Shown: piece after piece, positions 1 through 10,575 of the stretch
How positions within the stretch are numbered: the first letter of the stretch is position 1
How the letters are laid out: every line of letters begins with the position of its first letter
Source: Methanotrichaceae archaeon
GTDB taxonomy: Archaea > Halobacteriota > Methanosarcinia > Methanotrichales > Methanotrichaceae
Length of the DNA: 64,000 nucleotides
Assembly: GCA_963803145.1 (NCBI GenBank)
Contig: CAWDLW010000008.1
Span: forward strand, 320,001-384,000
Reading direction: 5' to 3'
The notes under the pieces: model-generated
Told to the model about the DNA's origin: nothing
What the model saw: only the letters and a program-made list of their open reading frames with translations
Databases searched by the model: none
Position numbers and translations under genes: made by a program

Positions 1-877
<877 letters not shown>

Positions 878-963
878 TCATTGAATAGATGAACCTCATA
901 AAGTATAACCCTTTTCCAGCTCTGGGAAATTTCGCGCTTAGAGTTCAGGATAGCCTCTCTATA

Positions 964-1018
964 ATATAGGCTCTTATATATAGGCTCTTATTAAATAGCA
1001 ATTGATTAAATAGCAATT
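964..1018. repeat. Two adjacent short tandem duplications in the divergent intergenic region
   Basis: ATATAGGCTCTTAT x2 (964-991) and ATTAAATAGCAATT x2 with a 15-bp period (990-1018). Confidence 0.8.
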
Positions 1019-1143
1019 AGTCTTGCTACTATGGCAACTATCCTCAATCCTTCCCTCCAGTGCTCGCATATTGACCTCAAGAAAACCCATCATGAAAGCG
1101 CTGAGGCATAAAGAGATATATTTTTGGAGACAATTTTCCTTTG

Positions 1144-2064
1144 ATGGCTCTTGTCATAGGCCACAGGGGTGCAAAGGCATTAGCACCTGAAAATACCCTT
1201 GAGGGAATAAGAACAGCAGCCAAATGCAGAGCTGATGCAGTCGAGGTAGATGTCAGGCTAACAAAGGATGGTGTCTTGGTCCTGATGCATGACGAGACTG
1301 TGGATCGTACAACGAGTGGCAAGGGCAAGGTAGAAGATCTGAGCTGGGAGGAGATCAAGGCTCTAGATACCGGAGGCCAGAAGGTTCCTACCCTCGGAGA
1401 GGCACTAGCCGAAGTTCACAAGCTGGGCATATCCATCATCGTAGAGATGAAAGAAGAGGGGATTGAAGAGTTGGTGGCAGAGGCTTTGAAGGGCAGCAAT
1501 GCAATCGTTACATCATTTTATCATTCATCGCTTCGCGAGGTCAAGGACATCTCAAATATAAAAACCGGAATCATAATGTCTTCATTACCCATCAAACCTG
1601 TTGAGCTTGCCTTATGGGCTAACGCAGATGCCATCTTTCCAAAAAGAACAAACCCTAGGCTCTTCAAGGATGCCCATAGGCGTGGTGTAGCGGTCTATCC
1701 CTGGACTGTAAATACTATTGCTGAGGCAGGATGGCTTCTAAGGCTGGGTGCTGATGGCCTGGTAACCGATGATCCATGTCTGATCAGAGAAGCGGTAGAC
1801 AGTCCCGTGAAGGCAACTGTGAAAAGCAACTGCGAATACTACCCCTGCCATCATTTTCCCGAACAGGATTGTACCCATTGCTTCTGCCCATTATATCCCT
1901 GCAAAGATGCCGAACTTGGCAGATTTGTGAAGACTAAAAAGGGAAAGAGGGTATGGACATGCATAGATTGCAGGCTCGTCCATAAGCCTGGCATAGCAAA
2001 GTACCTTGCAGAGCACCCTGATGCGGCTACTTCTGAGCTAAAAGCCTTGGATAGTGCGAGCTGA
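1144..2064 (+). CDS. Glycerophosphodiester phosphodiesterase (GDPD) fused to a C-terminal cysteine-rich small domain
   Basis: GHRG...PENTL, EVDV, HD, WTVN, TDDP GDPD motifs, then CEYYPCH..DCTHCFCPLYPC...WTCIDC..H. Confidence 0.9.
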   Translation: MALVIGHRGAKALAPENTLEGIRTAAKCRADAVEVDVRLTKDGVLVLMHDETVDRTTSGKGKVEDLSWEEIKALDTGGQKVPTLGEALAEVHKLGISIIVEMKEEGIEELVAEALKGSNAIVTSFYHSSLREVKDISNIKTGIIMSSLPIKPVELALWANADAIFPKRTNPRLFKDAHRRGVAVYPWTVNTIAEAGWLLRLGADGLVTDDPCLIREAVDSPVKATVKSNCEYYPCHHFPEQDCTHCFCPLYPCKDAELGRFVKTKKGKRVWTCIDCRLVHKPGIAKYLAEHPDAATSELKALDSAS

Positions 2065-2252
2065 TCCACATTTCCTTGAGGCTAAGACTTACATGGTTTA
2101 CAATAGATTTCCATGTCAGTGCCAGAGCATAGCGATAAAGCGTAAATAAAAAATTCAAATTAAAATTATGCCCTATTGGCAAGAGTTTCGTTTCCTGAAA
2201 CAGCCCTCGGCGACAGAAAGATTTAAGGGCAAGTGAGAACAATGCGGAAATC

Positions 2253-2606
2253 ATGAGACAGGTTATAATTGTATTAATCGCCCTATTGGCTATCAGCATT
2301 TTTACGCCTACAATACTGGCGAAACAGGGAAACACTGGACCAGCTTTAGCAAGTATAACGAATATGTCCAGTTACACCGCACCGAAATCGGACTCTGATT
2401 TGGCTGTATTTGGGATTACAACGGGGATGAAGAACTTCCTCGATGGCAACTTCACTCCTTCCACAACGAATTACAAAGATGTGATGACCAATAACAACGG
2501 CGCAAAGTGGGATATTTTGAATTTCCTCGACCCTAATTATACGCCAGCTACCGCTGATGTTTTTCCAGTATCAACTCCCATAGCTAAGATGCACGTGATG
2601 ACCTAA
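2253..2606 (+). CDS. Hypothetical secreted protein
   Basis: Hydrophobic signal-peptide-like N-terminus; internal repeat NFLDGNFTP/NFLDPNYTP; upstream GAAAGATTTAAG BRE/TATA-like box. Confidence 0.7.
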   Translation: MRQVIIVLIALLAISIFTPTILAKQGNTGPALASITNMSSYTAPKSDSDLAVFGITTGMKNFLDGNFTPSTTNYKDVMTNNNGAKWDILNFLDPNYTPATADVFPVSTPIAKMHVMT

Positions 2607-2633
2607 AACATACCACTAAGGTTAAAGCACTCA

Positions 2634-2661
2634 TGATAGGCGCAATCCATCGCGCCTATCA
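2634..2661 (+). terminator. Stem-loop after the secreted-protein gene
   Basis: TGATAGGCGC...GCGCCTATCA inverted repeat followed by T-rich sequence. Confidence 0.5.
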
Positions 2662-2839
2662 GCCTACTTTAGTCGTTTTTCCTGTAATTTCTCTTTGTTA
2701 CGCTGATTTGAAATAAGTCCAATAGCTAAACAGAAGTGAGCGACTGCGATGCAGAAACCCGCCAATAAAATAGCGGCGGATTTATGGCATCGAGTCTTTA
2801 ATACAACTGCCTGCTCAAAAGGCTAATTTTGAGAGCCTT

Positions 2840-3236
2840 TTAACTCTGATGTTGAACGACCTTTTCTCGTATCATTGCAAGAGGTTTCCTGTATTGATGC
2901 TTATTTTCAGTACACCTATATATCCCAACGATCTTCCCGACGACCTCTTCAGTCTCCACCAGATCTACCCGAGATCCACAACTGGGGCATCTCTCCGCTT
3001 TGGCGGTTGCTAAAACCTCATCATCATGTGTGTCGGCCTCAGGATCTTCGCCCGTAGAAATATTCAGCGTTGTCATCCAGGCATACTTCAATGCCATTGT
3101 CTGTGGCTTTGCTACAGCTTTATCCCCGATATCCTGGCCTCTCTGTTTGGCTCAGTATCTTTGAAACCACAATAGTCGCCAAGTTCTGCTCAACGCAGGC
3201 TGCATTCACCTTCTCTAGGACTGCAGCAGTGCTAGA
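2840..3236 (-). pseudogene. ERF-family single-strand annealing protein remnant (internal deletion and frameshift) with C-terminal Zn ribbon
   Basis: One frame gives SSTAAVLEKVNAACVEQNLATIV. After a frame change at about 3139 it reads GQDIGDKAVAKPQTMALKYAWMTTLNISTGEDPEAD, an ERF-like C-terminal motif, then CPSCG...C...H. Confidence 0.65.
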
Positions 3237-3280
3237 AAGTACAAGTTGTAAAAAAATATCCGATAACTATTCTAGACTTG

Positions 3281-5029
3281 TCATCTCTCGCCCATATACC
3301 TTTTTAGAAGCAAACTTACCATATCGTAAGGTATCGTATGTTTTTCCATTCTCAAGAGGCGGTCCACAACATCTGCCTCTGCCTTATACGAAGATACTAC
3401 CCCTTCGGCATAAGCCAGGCCCTCGGCCGTGAGCATATATTCATAGCGTTGGAGCCATCTATCATCAAGTTCATAATGCCTCTGATCCTGATAGATCATG
3501 CCCATAGCGACAAGGATCTGAATATCCTCGAAGAGCCTCTCGCTATATGGAAAGCCGTACTCCGATTGGAATGAGTAATCGTACAGGCCGGATAGACGTG
3601 CATCACTCTTAAGAGAGTTTACTGTCCTGTATAGCCAGGTGATGTTCCTAATCCTAGGAACAAGGATCCTCTCATCAAAGGTTTCACTAAGCATTCTGTG
3701 CAAGACAAAGAAAACTATCAGCAGCCCATCTATCGTCAGATAGCTTTCCTTCCTTATGAAACCCAGGAGCTTAAATGCCTGATCTTTCACATCTTCTAGA
3801 GAGATCTCAAGCATTTTATCTGAGAAGAATGAAAGCGAGATCTGTCTTGTGATGGATTTCACAAGGCCAGACGCCAGCGATGACTCATCATAAAGGAACC
3901 CATCCCCCTCGGTTCTCATCGATCTCGGAACTCCGCTGCCAACAGAAATGTCTACCAGTGCCCCATATTTTTTCCCAAGCCCATCCTCGAAAAGCTTTCT
4001 AGCCCTTTCATTACGTGAAATGGTAGAGAGCGCCATCCTTATTCCTGGCGGGAGAAGCCTATGATCAAATCTTGCGGCAAGGGGATATTCATTGCCATAC
4101 TTGATGCATCTAAGGAGTTCGCGCGCTTGGTCGTCGCCATTTTCAAATATAAATCTCAAAAGATCAGGGTCAGTGTACTCTCTGAAGAAAAGAATTATCC
4201 TTGATCTTGCCTCATCGACCTCTATTTTCTCCAAGGACGCCTCAAGGGCAGCCAAAAGCATTGCCCTGATTGATTGGACCTGAGGATGATGTATCAGGGC
4301 GTTATAATGGTGAGCCCTTGCAATAAGCATCGATTCAGCTGCCGTTCTGGACATCTCTGATTTGTAATCATCTCCTCCTGCCAGAACGATTTTGCCATTA
4401 TGGACCATAAGTGCCTGGATGACTTGATCTGCATCTATGAGCCCTAAGCTAACACCACAGTGGTGTGAGTCTCTTAGAAGGAAATCAATCCTATCAGCAT
4501 CAATATCGCCTGATACAATTTGTCCCAGCGGCCTTCTTTTGCCAAGCGCGATATCAGCAACCTCTCTAAATAGCGTATCGGCATTTTCTAGATCTTTATC
4601 GGCCAAGGAAATTGCCTTATCTCCGAATGGGTGGCGAGTGATTATGTCATGTGTGAACTCCTCATGCCTTGAAATCCGCCTGCCTTCAACTAGGGGCTGA
4701 ATCTCAGGATTTCTGCCCAAGACGCCCTCCACAGCATGAGAGAGAGCCGAATGCCCCACATCATGCAAAAGTCCTGCAATCCTGACCTTGCGGACATCAA
4801 TTGCATCGAATCCAAGACGGCTTGCTATCAGGCCTGCCATATGCATAGTGCCTATGCTGTGCTCAAGCCGTGTGTGATTCGCTCCAGGATAGACAGTATC
4901 CACAAGGCCAAGCTGCTTAATTCCCCTCAGACGCTGCATAGGCCGCGACTTTATGAGCAGCCATTCTAGATCATCGGGATAAATTGCGCCGTAGATAGGG
5001 TCATAGATCGTCGGCGGTACATTGCTCAA
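3281..5029 (-). CDS. HD-domain phosphohydrolase (SAMHD1/dGTPase-like) with C-terminal winged-helix-like extension
   Basis: DPIYG, RLRGIKQLG, HTRLEHSIG, LLHDVGH, DADRIDFLLRD; C-terminal Y.F..EYGFPYSE.L.EDI..L...G.I...Y.LT..G. Confidence 0.9.
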   Translation of the reverse strand: MSNVPPTIYDPIYGAIYPDDLEWLLIKSRPMQRLRGIKQLGLVDTVYPGANHTRLEHSIGTMHMAGLIASRLGFDAIDVRKVRIAGLLHDVGHSALSHAVEGVLGRNPEIQPLVEGRRISRHEEFTHDIITRHPFGDKAISLADKDLENADTLFREVADIALGKRRPLGQIVSGDIDADRIDFLLRDSHHCGVSLGLIDADQVIQALMVHNGKIVLAGGDDYKSEMSRTAAESMLIARAHHYNALIHHPQVQSIRAMLLAALEASLEKIEVDEARSRIILFFREYTDPDLLRFIFENGDDQARELLRCIKYGNEYPLAARFDHRLLPPGIRMALSTISRNERARKLFEDGLGKKYGALVDISVGSGVPRSMRTEGDGFLYDESSLASGLVKSITRQISLSFFSDKMLEISLEDVKDQAFKLLGFIRKESYLTIDGLLIVFFVLHRMLSETFDERILVPRIRNITWLYRTVNSLKSDARLSGLYDYSFQSEYGFPYSERLFEDIQILVAMGMIYQDQRHYELDDRWLQRYEYMLTAEGLAYAEGVVSSYKAEADVVDRLLRMEKHTIPYDMVSLLLKRYMGER

Positions 5030-5101
5030 GCTGGCCCTCTGACAACTACCGTCATTTCCACTTCGGTTGTTGCTATCATTCTATTCTAGAAGTCAAGTGC
5101 C

Positions 5102-5497
5102 TCATTTTGTGCCAAGCTTCATTATAGCTGCCGCGATATCTCCCCTTGACTCAATTAAGGCAGCCTTTGCAGTTTCTGCGCTTGCACCTGTCTGGGCCAC
5201 AACTAGGTCGACATCCGAATCAGGTATGGTTACTTCAGGCTCCTTTCCAATCTCCGCTCCCGGCCCGGCCGCCGGCCGCTCGCTTGAATCGCCGGAGATC
5301 TGATAGCTTCTGACACCATGGGCATCCATCACTGCAACTGTCGCATTCTCGATGACGATCTCCTTGTCAGCCATTCGGATAATGACTTCTTTCACGCCAT
5401 CAAGCTCATCGATGTCTATGCCCATGTTTTTCAGCATTCCTTTCATCTTCTTGGGGCTCATGCCCCTTCCGCCGGCACCCGGCAAACCTGGAAACAT
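5102..5497 (-). CDS. nac: Nascent polypeptide-associated complex protein
   Basis: MSPKKMKGMLKNMGI, V.EVII, SYQISG and a C-terminal UBA-like DVDLVVAQTG...GDIAAAIMKL. Confidence 0.95.
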   Translation of the reverse strand: MFPGLPGAGGRGMSPKKMKGMLKNMGIDIDELDGVKEVIIRMADKEIVIENATVAVMDAHGVRSYQISGDSSERPAAGPGAEIGKEPEVTIPDSDVDLVVAQTGASAETAKAALIESRGDIAAAIMKLGTK

Positions 5498-5640
5498 ATG
5501 ATCACTAATTTCGGCCGTGAATATAAATATTCAACCTATTCGGTCTTTTTCTTTAAGGAAAAGTTGGAAGCAAAATACGGAATAAATAATGAGCTTATCT
5601 TACAACTGTGCTTTGCTTATTTATTATTACCTATTCTTAT

Positions 5641-5805
5641 CTATTCGCGACTTATAATTTTGCGTTCATGACGGTCAAGGTACTCCTTTATCGCCTCAAC
5701 TATCACATCCGACTGCTGGCAATAAAGGGTTCCTCTACTTCTGGCGATGAAGATCTTCAATCTATCATAAATCTCTGGGGGGATATCGGCATCTACTCGG
5801 GGCAT
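5641..5805 (-). CDS. Small ribbon-helix-helix (CopG-like) DNA-binding protein, 54 aa
   Basis: Manual translation: MPRVDADIPPEIYDRLKIFIARSRGTLYCQQSDVIVEAIKEYLDRHERKIISRE*; beta strand-P-helix and S.VI.EAI.EYL RHH pattern; below the ORF-track cutoff. Confidence 0.75.
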   Translation of the reverse strand: MPRVDADIPPEIYDRLKIFIARSRGTLYCQQSDVIVEAIKEYLDRHERKIISRE

Positions 5806-6020
5806 AATTGATCCCACACTGTTATCTTACTAATACTTAAGCAATCCTGTGAAAATAACTGGGTTTCTATGATTGTTTTGCCATTAATCTAGATAATGTT
5901 CATAATAATTGTAATATTAATAATTGTTATATTGTTCTGTGCTGAAACGATATCTAGCCAAGCCTCGGACAATCAAAGGAAAAAGGTTTTATCAGTAGTA
6001 GTTTAATCCTGAATCGCCGT

Positions 6021-8120
6021 TTGAGGTGGGAGATATTGAGACAGAAGAGTTCATTGCCATGGGATCTGTTAGAGGCTGCTCTGCTTTCATTGTTGACCAT
6101 AGAGCTCACTCTGCTCCCCCACGACATAGTCGAATTCAGTGCTCCTTTAGGCATCGTTCTGGTGATATTTCTTCCGGGATATTCAATCATTCTAGCCCTG
6201 TTTCCACGTGCTAGCGATCTTGCAATTAAAGAACGGATGCTTCTGAGCTTAGTGGCGAGCGCAATAGTTGCAGTTTTGACGGCCCTTTGCCTCAGCATTG
6301 TGGGCGAGATCATGCCCTCAACTTTTGCTTCTGCCCTCGCAGTCATCTCCCTGGCTTTAATCACTATAGCCTACATAAGATGGGCCGCACTACCCAGTGG
6401 ATGGAGATTCATCCCAAGCTTTGGGAGCGATATCCTGCCGGCTGGTGGCAGGCAGGGTATCAAAAAGCAACGAAGAACATATATAATTCTCCTCTCACTA
6501 GCAGCGGTTATAATCATCTCAGCCTATGCTTATTCTAGCCATACTAATAATAATGCCAATACCATTACTATCATGTCCACTGCTTCCCCAGCAGAGAATG
6601 GCGAAAAGAAGTTTACAGAATTCTATATTCTAGATGAATCTTCTCAGGCTCCTATTGAGGCCGGCAGCAGAAGCACAATTATGGCAGGAATAATAAACCG
6701 AGAACATCGCACAGTAGATTACACATTGAGGCTTGTCATCAATGATTCTATATTATCAGAAAAGAGCATTAAGCTGAATCATAACAATAGCTGGGAGGGA
6801 CCGCTGAGCTATACCATTGGAAGCCCTGTCAATATGCAGAGGCTTGATCTACTTCTCTATAAAGATGGTAATTTCCAAAAACCCTACGATGAGAGGAATA
6901 TCTGGATAAATGTATCAGGCCAAGTCGTAACGCCAAATAAAAACATGGGTGAAAGCAGCTCCGAATCGGAACCGAAAGACCTATCAGATAACAGCACAGC
7001 TGAACTACAGCACAATGAAGAATCAGCAAGCGATGCTATCAATTCCCAGAATTCAGGGGCTTCCCCAATTGAAGAGAACAAACCTGAGACAGAGGAAGCT
7101 CAACCTCAAGATGTGATCTCCAACACAAACTCTACTTCGTTATCGGAACAAGAGAAGCCACAGCAAAATGACACCTCCGAAAACCTTTCAGAAGTAGCTG
7201 CCGGGGAGAATAGCTCACCCAAGCCTCTGACAATAAATACTTCCGGCGGGAACAAAACTTGGAACTTTTCAAGTAGCACCGAGACAATGAATGTCTCAGA
7301 TGCCGATCAAGAGGCTCACGAGACCAATGCGACAGCAGGCAGTCCAAAGGGGCAGGAAAATATCGGCATCAATAGAAACCCAGATAGCAACTTGAACAAT
7401 GGATTCAACGGTAGTTTTAACATCAACTCCAGCAGCTCCGAGATTGAAAAGATAAAAGCATTAGTGCAATCTAGGATTAACCAATCTAAGAATAACTTCT
7501 CAATCAATAAATCCATGGTCAATCCCTATGCCACAGCTCAGAAATTCTACACACGCCCTAAACCTGGATCCACTACTCCAGATGAACCCACTGCATTAGA
7601 GACTAATCAAATATCAAATACAAGTAAACCAGAAGTAAAGAGCGGACTCGATAGCAATGGCATATATAAGATCCAGTCAGCGGTAACATCTGGAACGGAT
7701 AAATCAGGTTCCGATAGCATTTCACAAACTACATCGGAAAAGACTTCAGATAAATCCAAAAGCCAATCTAATAAAAACATAGATACACCCAATGAAACAT
7801 CGAACAATGTTTCCGCAGATAATACGGCTAAAATTAATTCGGCCAGTACTGATGTAAATAATAAGGTAAATATATCTGCAAATAAGTCGGCAAATAATCC
7901 TAAGAACGTCTCCCCACAACCTAAGACGTCAGCACAGCAGGATATAGAAGGTGTCAGAATGGCAGAGATGTCTCAAAAGATCGACTCCTGGGTGAAAACG
8001 CGCGGCATGAACCCCTCAAAGTCATCAAATAACTATAAATCTGACATCATTCAGTTCAATGGCGCAAACAATAGTGTCGCCCTTGGTGGCCAATCAGCGG
8101 CGGTAAAGAAGTTAGGATGA
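6021..8120 (+). CDS. DUF1616-like membrane protein with long Asn/Ser/Thr-rich low-complexity tail
   Basis: FLPGY...ALFP...ER.LLS, several TM helices, EKFTEFYIL, GIINREH...Y; about 400-aa polar tail. Confidence 0.85.
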   Translation: MRWEILRQKSSLPWDLLEAALLSLLTIELTLLPHDIVEFSAPLGIVLVIFLPGYSIILALFPRASDLAIKERMLLSLVASAIVAVLTALCLSIVGEIMPSTFASALAVISLALITIAYIRWAALPSGWRFIPSFGSDILPAGGRQGIKKQRRTYIILLSLAAVIIISAYAYSSHTNNNANTITIMSTASPAENGEKKFTEFYILDESSQAPIEAGSRSTIMAGIINREHRTVDYTLRLVINDSILSEKSIKLNHNNSWEGPLSYTIGSPVNMQRLDLLLYKDGNFQKPYDERNIWINVSGQVVTPNKNMGESSSESEPKDLSDNSTAELQHNEESASDAINSQNSGASPIEENKPETEEAQPQDVISNTNSTSLSEQEKPQQNDTSENLSEVAAGENSSPKPLTINTSGGNKTWNFSSSTETMNVSDADQEAHETNATAGSPKGQENIGINRNPDSNLNNGFNGSFNINSSSSEIEKIKALVQSRINQSKNNFSINKSMVNPYATAQKFYTRPKPGSTTPDEPTALETNQISNTSKPEVKSGLDSNGIYKIQSAVTSGTDKSGSDSISQTTSEKTSDKSKSQSNKNIDTPNETSNNVSADNTAKINSASTDVNNKVNISANKSANNPKNVSPQPKTSAQQDIEGVRMAEMSQKIDSWVKTRGMNPSKSSNNYKSDIIQFNGANNSVALGGQSAAVKKLG

Positions 8121-8180
8121 AATTGATATTATGATATTGATATCTTTAGTTTGGGGTTAGCTACCAGATATTTCCCGATC

Positions 8181-9152
8181 TTACATCCATTCGTAATGGG
8201 CCATTACCTCGGGCACGAACTCATAGAGAAGACTGTTCTCAACATAGCCAAAGAAGAGGCAACCTTTACAGTCTATTGTCTCCCTTTTACGTGCCTCTTT
8301 CGATTCCTCCCAGATCTTTGAGACGCCGCTTGCTATATTTCCAAGAGGCTCACTATGAACTCTACAGTTCTCGATGCTGCCATCGGAAGCTACATGAAGT
8401 ATAATATCGCTGGCGTGGCATCTGAATTTTGGATCCAAGGTCTTTATCATCCGCAGGTAAGTTGTAGAATTTATTATTGGCATGCCATCTTTCTTCAGCT
8501 CTATTAATCGGTCAATGGCACTCTCGTACCCACAGATATCTCTGATTCCAAGTTCGTCCCAAACGTCAGCCACTATACCCTTAGACTCGTTGATGGGCTC
8601 GAAGGATATCCAGATGCCCAAAGATTCGGCCAGATGGACAAGCGCCTCTAGCTCATGCAGGTTTTTGCCGTTTATTACACAGTTTATGAGGATCTCATGG
8701 CCTGCATCCTTAGCAGCTTTGATGCCGTCAAGTACTTCGCTGAAATCAGCGTTACGAATATCCCTATAGCTCTCGATGCCGTCTAAAGATACAGAGAGAT
8801 AATCAAGATCATTTAGCTCATGCACTCTCTTTCGCAGAAGTGTTCCATTGGTTACAAGCGATGTGAGGAGTCCGAGGCTCTTGGCATGCCTCAATATCTG
8901 GGGCAGGTCCTGTCTTAAAAGAGGCTCAACGGTCCATGCGTTATACACACCTATTCCAAAGTCTTTCGCTTCATCAAGCATACGGAATATCTCAGGAGTG
9001 CTCATCGCCTCGCCTGGACTTCGCCAATACTCACAAAAGCTGCATTTGAGATTACAACTAGCGTTAATGCCATGAGATAAAACAAAAGGCCTTCCCCTTA
9101 CTCTCATCTGCCAGAGCGCTTTGAGCGCTAGCCTAGGCGAAAATGTCCTCAT
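8181..9152 (-). CDS. Radical SAM protein with C-terminal Cys motif (twitch/SPASM-like)
   Basis: CNLKCSFC, EPLLR.DL, TNG, SLDG; C-terminal C...NC...CKGC. Confidence 0.9.
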   Translation of the reverse strand: MRTFSPRLALKALWQMRVRGRPFVLSHGINASCNLKCSFCEYWRSPGEAMSTPEIFRMLDEAKDFGIGVYNAWTVEPLLRQDLPQILRHAKSLGLLTSLVTNGTLLRKRVHELNDLDYLSVSLDGIESYRDIRNADFSEVLDGIKAAKDAGHEILINCVINGKNLHELEALVHLAESLGIWISFEPINESKGIVADVWDELGIRDICGYESAIDRLIELKKDGMPIINSTTYLRMIKTLDPKFRCHASDIILHVASDGSIENCRVHSEPLGNIASGVSKIWEESKEARKRETIDCKGCLFFGYVENSLLYEFVPEVMAHYEWM

Positions 9153-9211
9153 TCTCGAAATACAGCTCCTGAGCCATGAATTTAGGTTGCCGCATTTTTA
9201 CCTGTCGATCA

Positions 9212-10435
9212 TCAAACTAGATCTAGGGCCAGATCAAGATCTGCTATTATATCCTCCACATCCTCTATGCCTACCGATATCCTTACCAGGCCATCGGTAA
9301 CCCCCATTCTCAGCCGCTCCTCTTTTGGCACAACAGCATGTGTCATCGATGCAGGATGCTCAATCAGCGTATCCGTCGATCCAAGGCTCACGGCCAGCGT
9401 GAGCAGCTTTACTCCATCCATCAGCCTTCTACCAGCTTCAACTCCGCCTTTAACTTCAAAGGAGAGCATGCCGCTAAATCCGCTCATCTGTTTCTTGGCA
9501 ATATCATGCTGCGGATGACTCTTTAGTCCTGGGTAGTTCACCCTTTCAACTTTCGGGTGAGCCTCAAGGAACTCAGCAACCCTGAGGGCATTGTACGCAT
9601 GCCTTTCCATTCTCAGATGCAGCGTTTTTAGCCCCCTGATGCAGAGCCATGCCTCATGAGGACCCATCGTTCCTCCTATATTGACAGCGATCCGTTTGAT
9701 GCTGTTAACCAGATCCCTTGATCCGACAATTACGCCGCCGAGAAGATCGCCATGTCCGCCGATATATTTTGTACAGCTCTGGACTGAAAAATCAGCTCCC
9801 AGCTTGAGAGGCTGCTGAAAATAAGGAGTTGCAAAAGTGTTATCGACTGCCGATAGAGCCCCGGCATCGTGTGCGATCTCACAGATCGCACGAATATCGC
9901 TGACTGACATCGTAGGATTTGCAGGAGACTCAAGGAACACCATTCTGGTATCATCTCCTATTGCTGCCTTCACCTGCCCAAGATCCGTAGTATCTACGAA
10001 ACAGGTATTGATGCCGAATTTTGTGAGGGATGAGAAGAGGCCATAGGTCCCGCCGTAGACTGGGCTAGTGGATACTAGGTGGTCTCCCTTTTTGAGCTGG
10101 GAAAGAATAAGTGCAGTCTCAGCTGCCATGCCTGATGAGAAGGCGAGGCCGGAAGCGCCCTCCTCAAGGGAGCATATCTTTTCGAGGAAAGCAGCGTGTG
10201 TCGGAGTATTTGGTGCGGATCTTATGTATCTGTATCCTGTCATCTCTCCAGAGAATACAGCAGCTGCTTGCTCTGCATTTTCAAAGGTATAGGTCGATGT
10301 CTGGTAAATCGGTGTAGTATGAGCGCGATATGCATCTCTGCCCTCTCCGGCGCGGACGCAGCGAGTTCCGAACCTCATATTTTTATCCAAGGTTTCACCC
10401 ATTAGGTCTTTGATACTACTATTAACATTCTTCAT
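9212..10435 (-). CDS. Methionine gamma-lyase / cystathionine gamma-synthase family PLP enzyme
   Basis: PIYQTSTY, FSSGMAA, YGGT, ESPANP, DNTFATP, SCTKYIGGHGD, AVSLG. Confidence 0.92.
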   Translation of the reverse strand: MKNVNSSIKDLMGETLDKNMRFGTRCVRAGEGRDAYRAHTTPIYQTSTYTFENAEQAAAVFSGEMTGYRYIRSAPNTPTHAAFLEKICSLEEGASGLAFSSGMAAETALILSQLKKGDHLVSTSPVYGGTYGLFSSLTKFGINTCFVDTTDLGQVKAAIGDDTRMVFLESPANPTMSVSDIRAICEIAHDAGALSAVDNTFATPYFQQPLKLGADFSVQSCTKYIGGHGDLLGGVIVGSRDLVNSIKRIAVNIGGTMGPHEAWLCIRGLKTLHLRMERHAYNALRVAEFLEAHPKVERVNYPGLKSHPQHDIAKKQMSGFSGMLSFEVKGGVEAGRRLMDGVKLLTLAVSLGSTDTLIEHPASMTHAVVPKEERLRMGVTDGLVRISVGIEDVEDIIADLDLALDLV

Positions 10436-10575
10436 AGAACTGTAGAAGATAAACTATGTTTTCCTCATTGCATCAAAGAGCTTAAGATGCCTCTGATAAA
10501 ACAAGCATCTATCGTCGACTATAATCAAAAATCGGAAATAATTCGCAACTACGTTGAAACGCAAGGAGATCTTCT

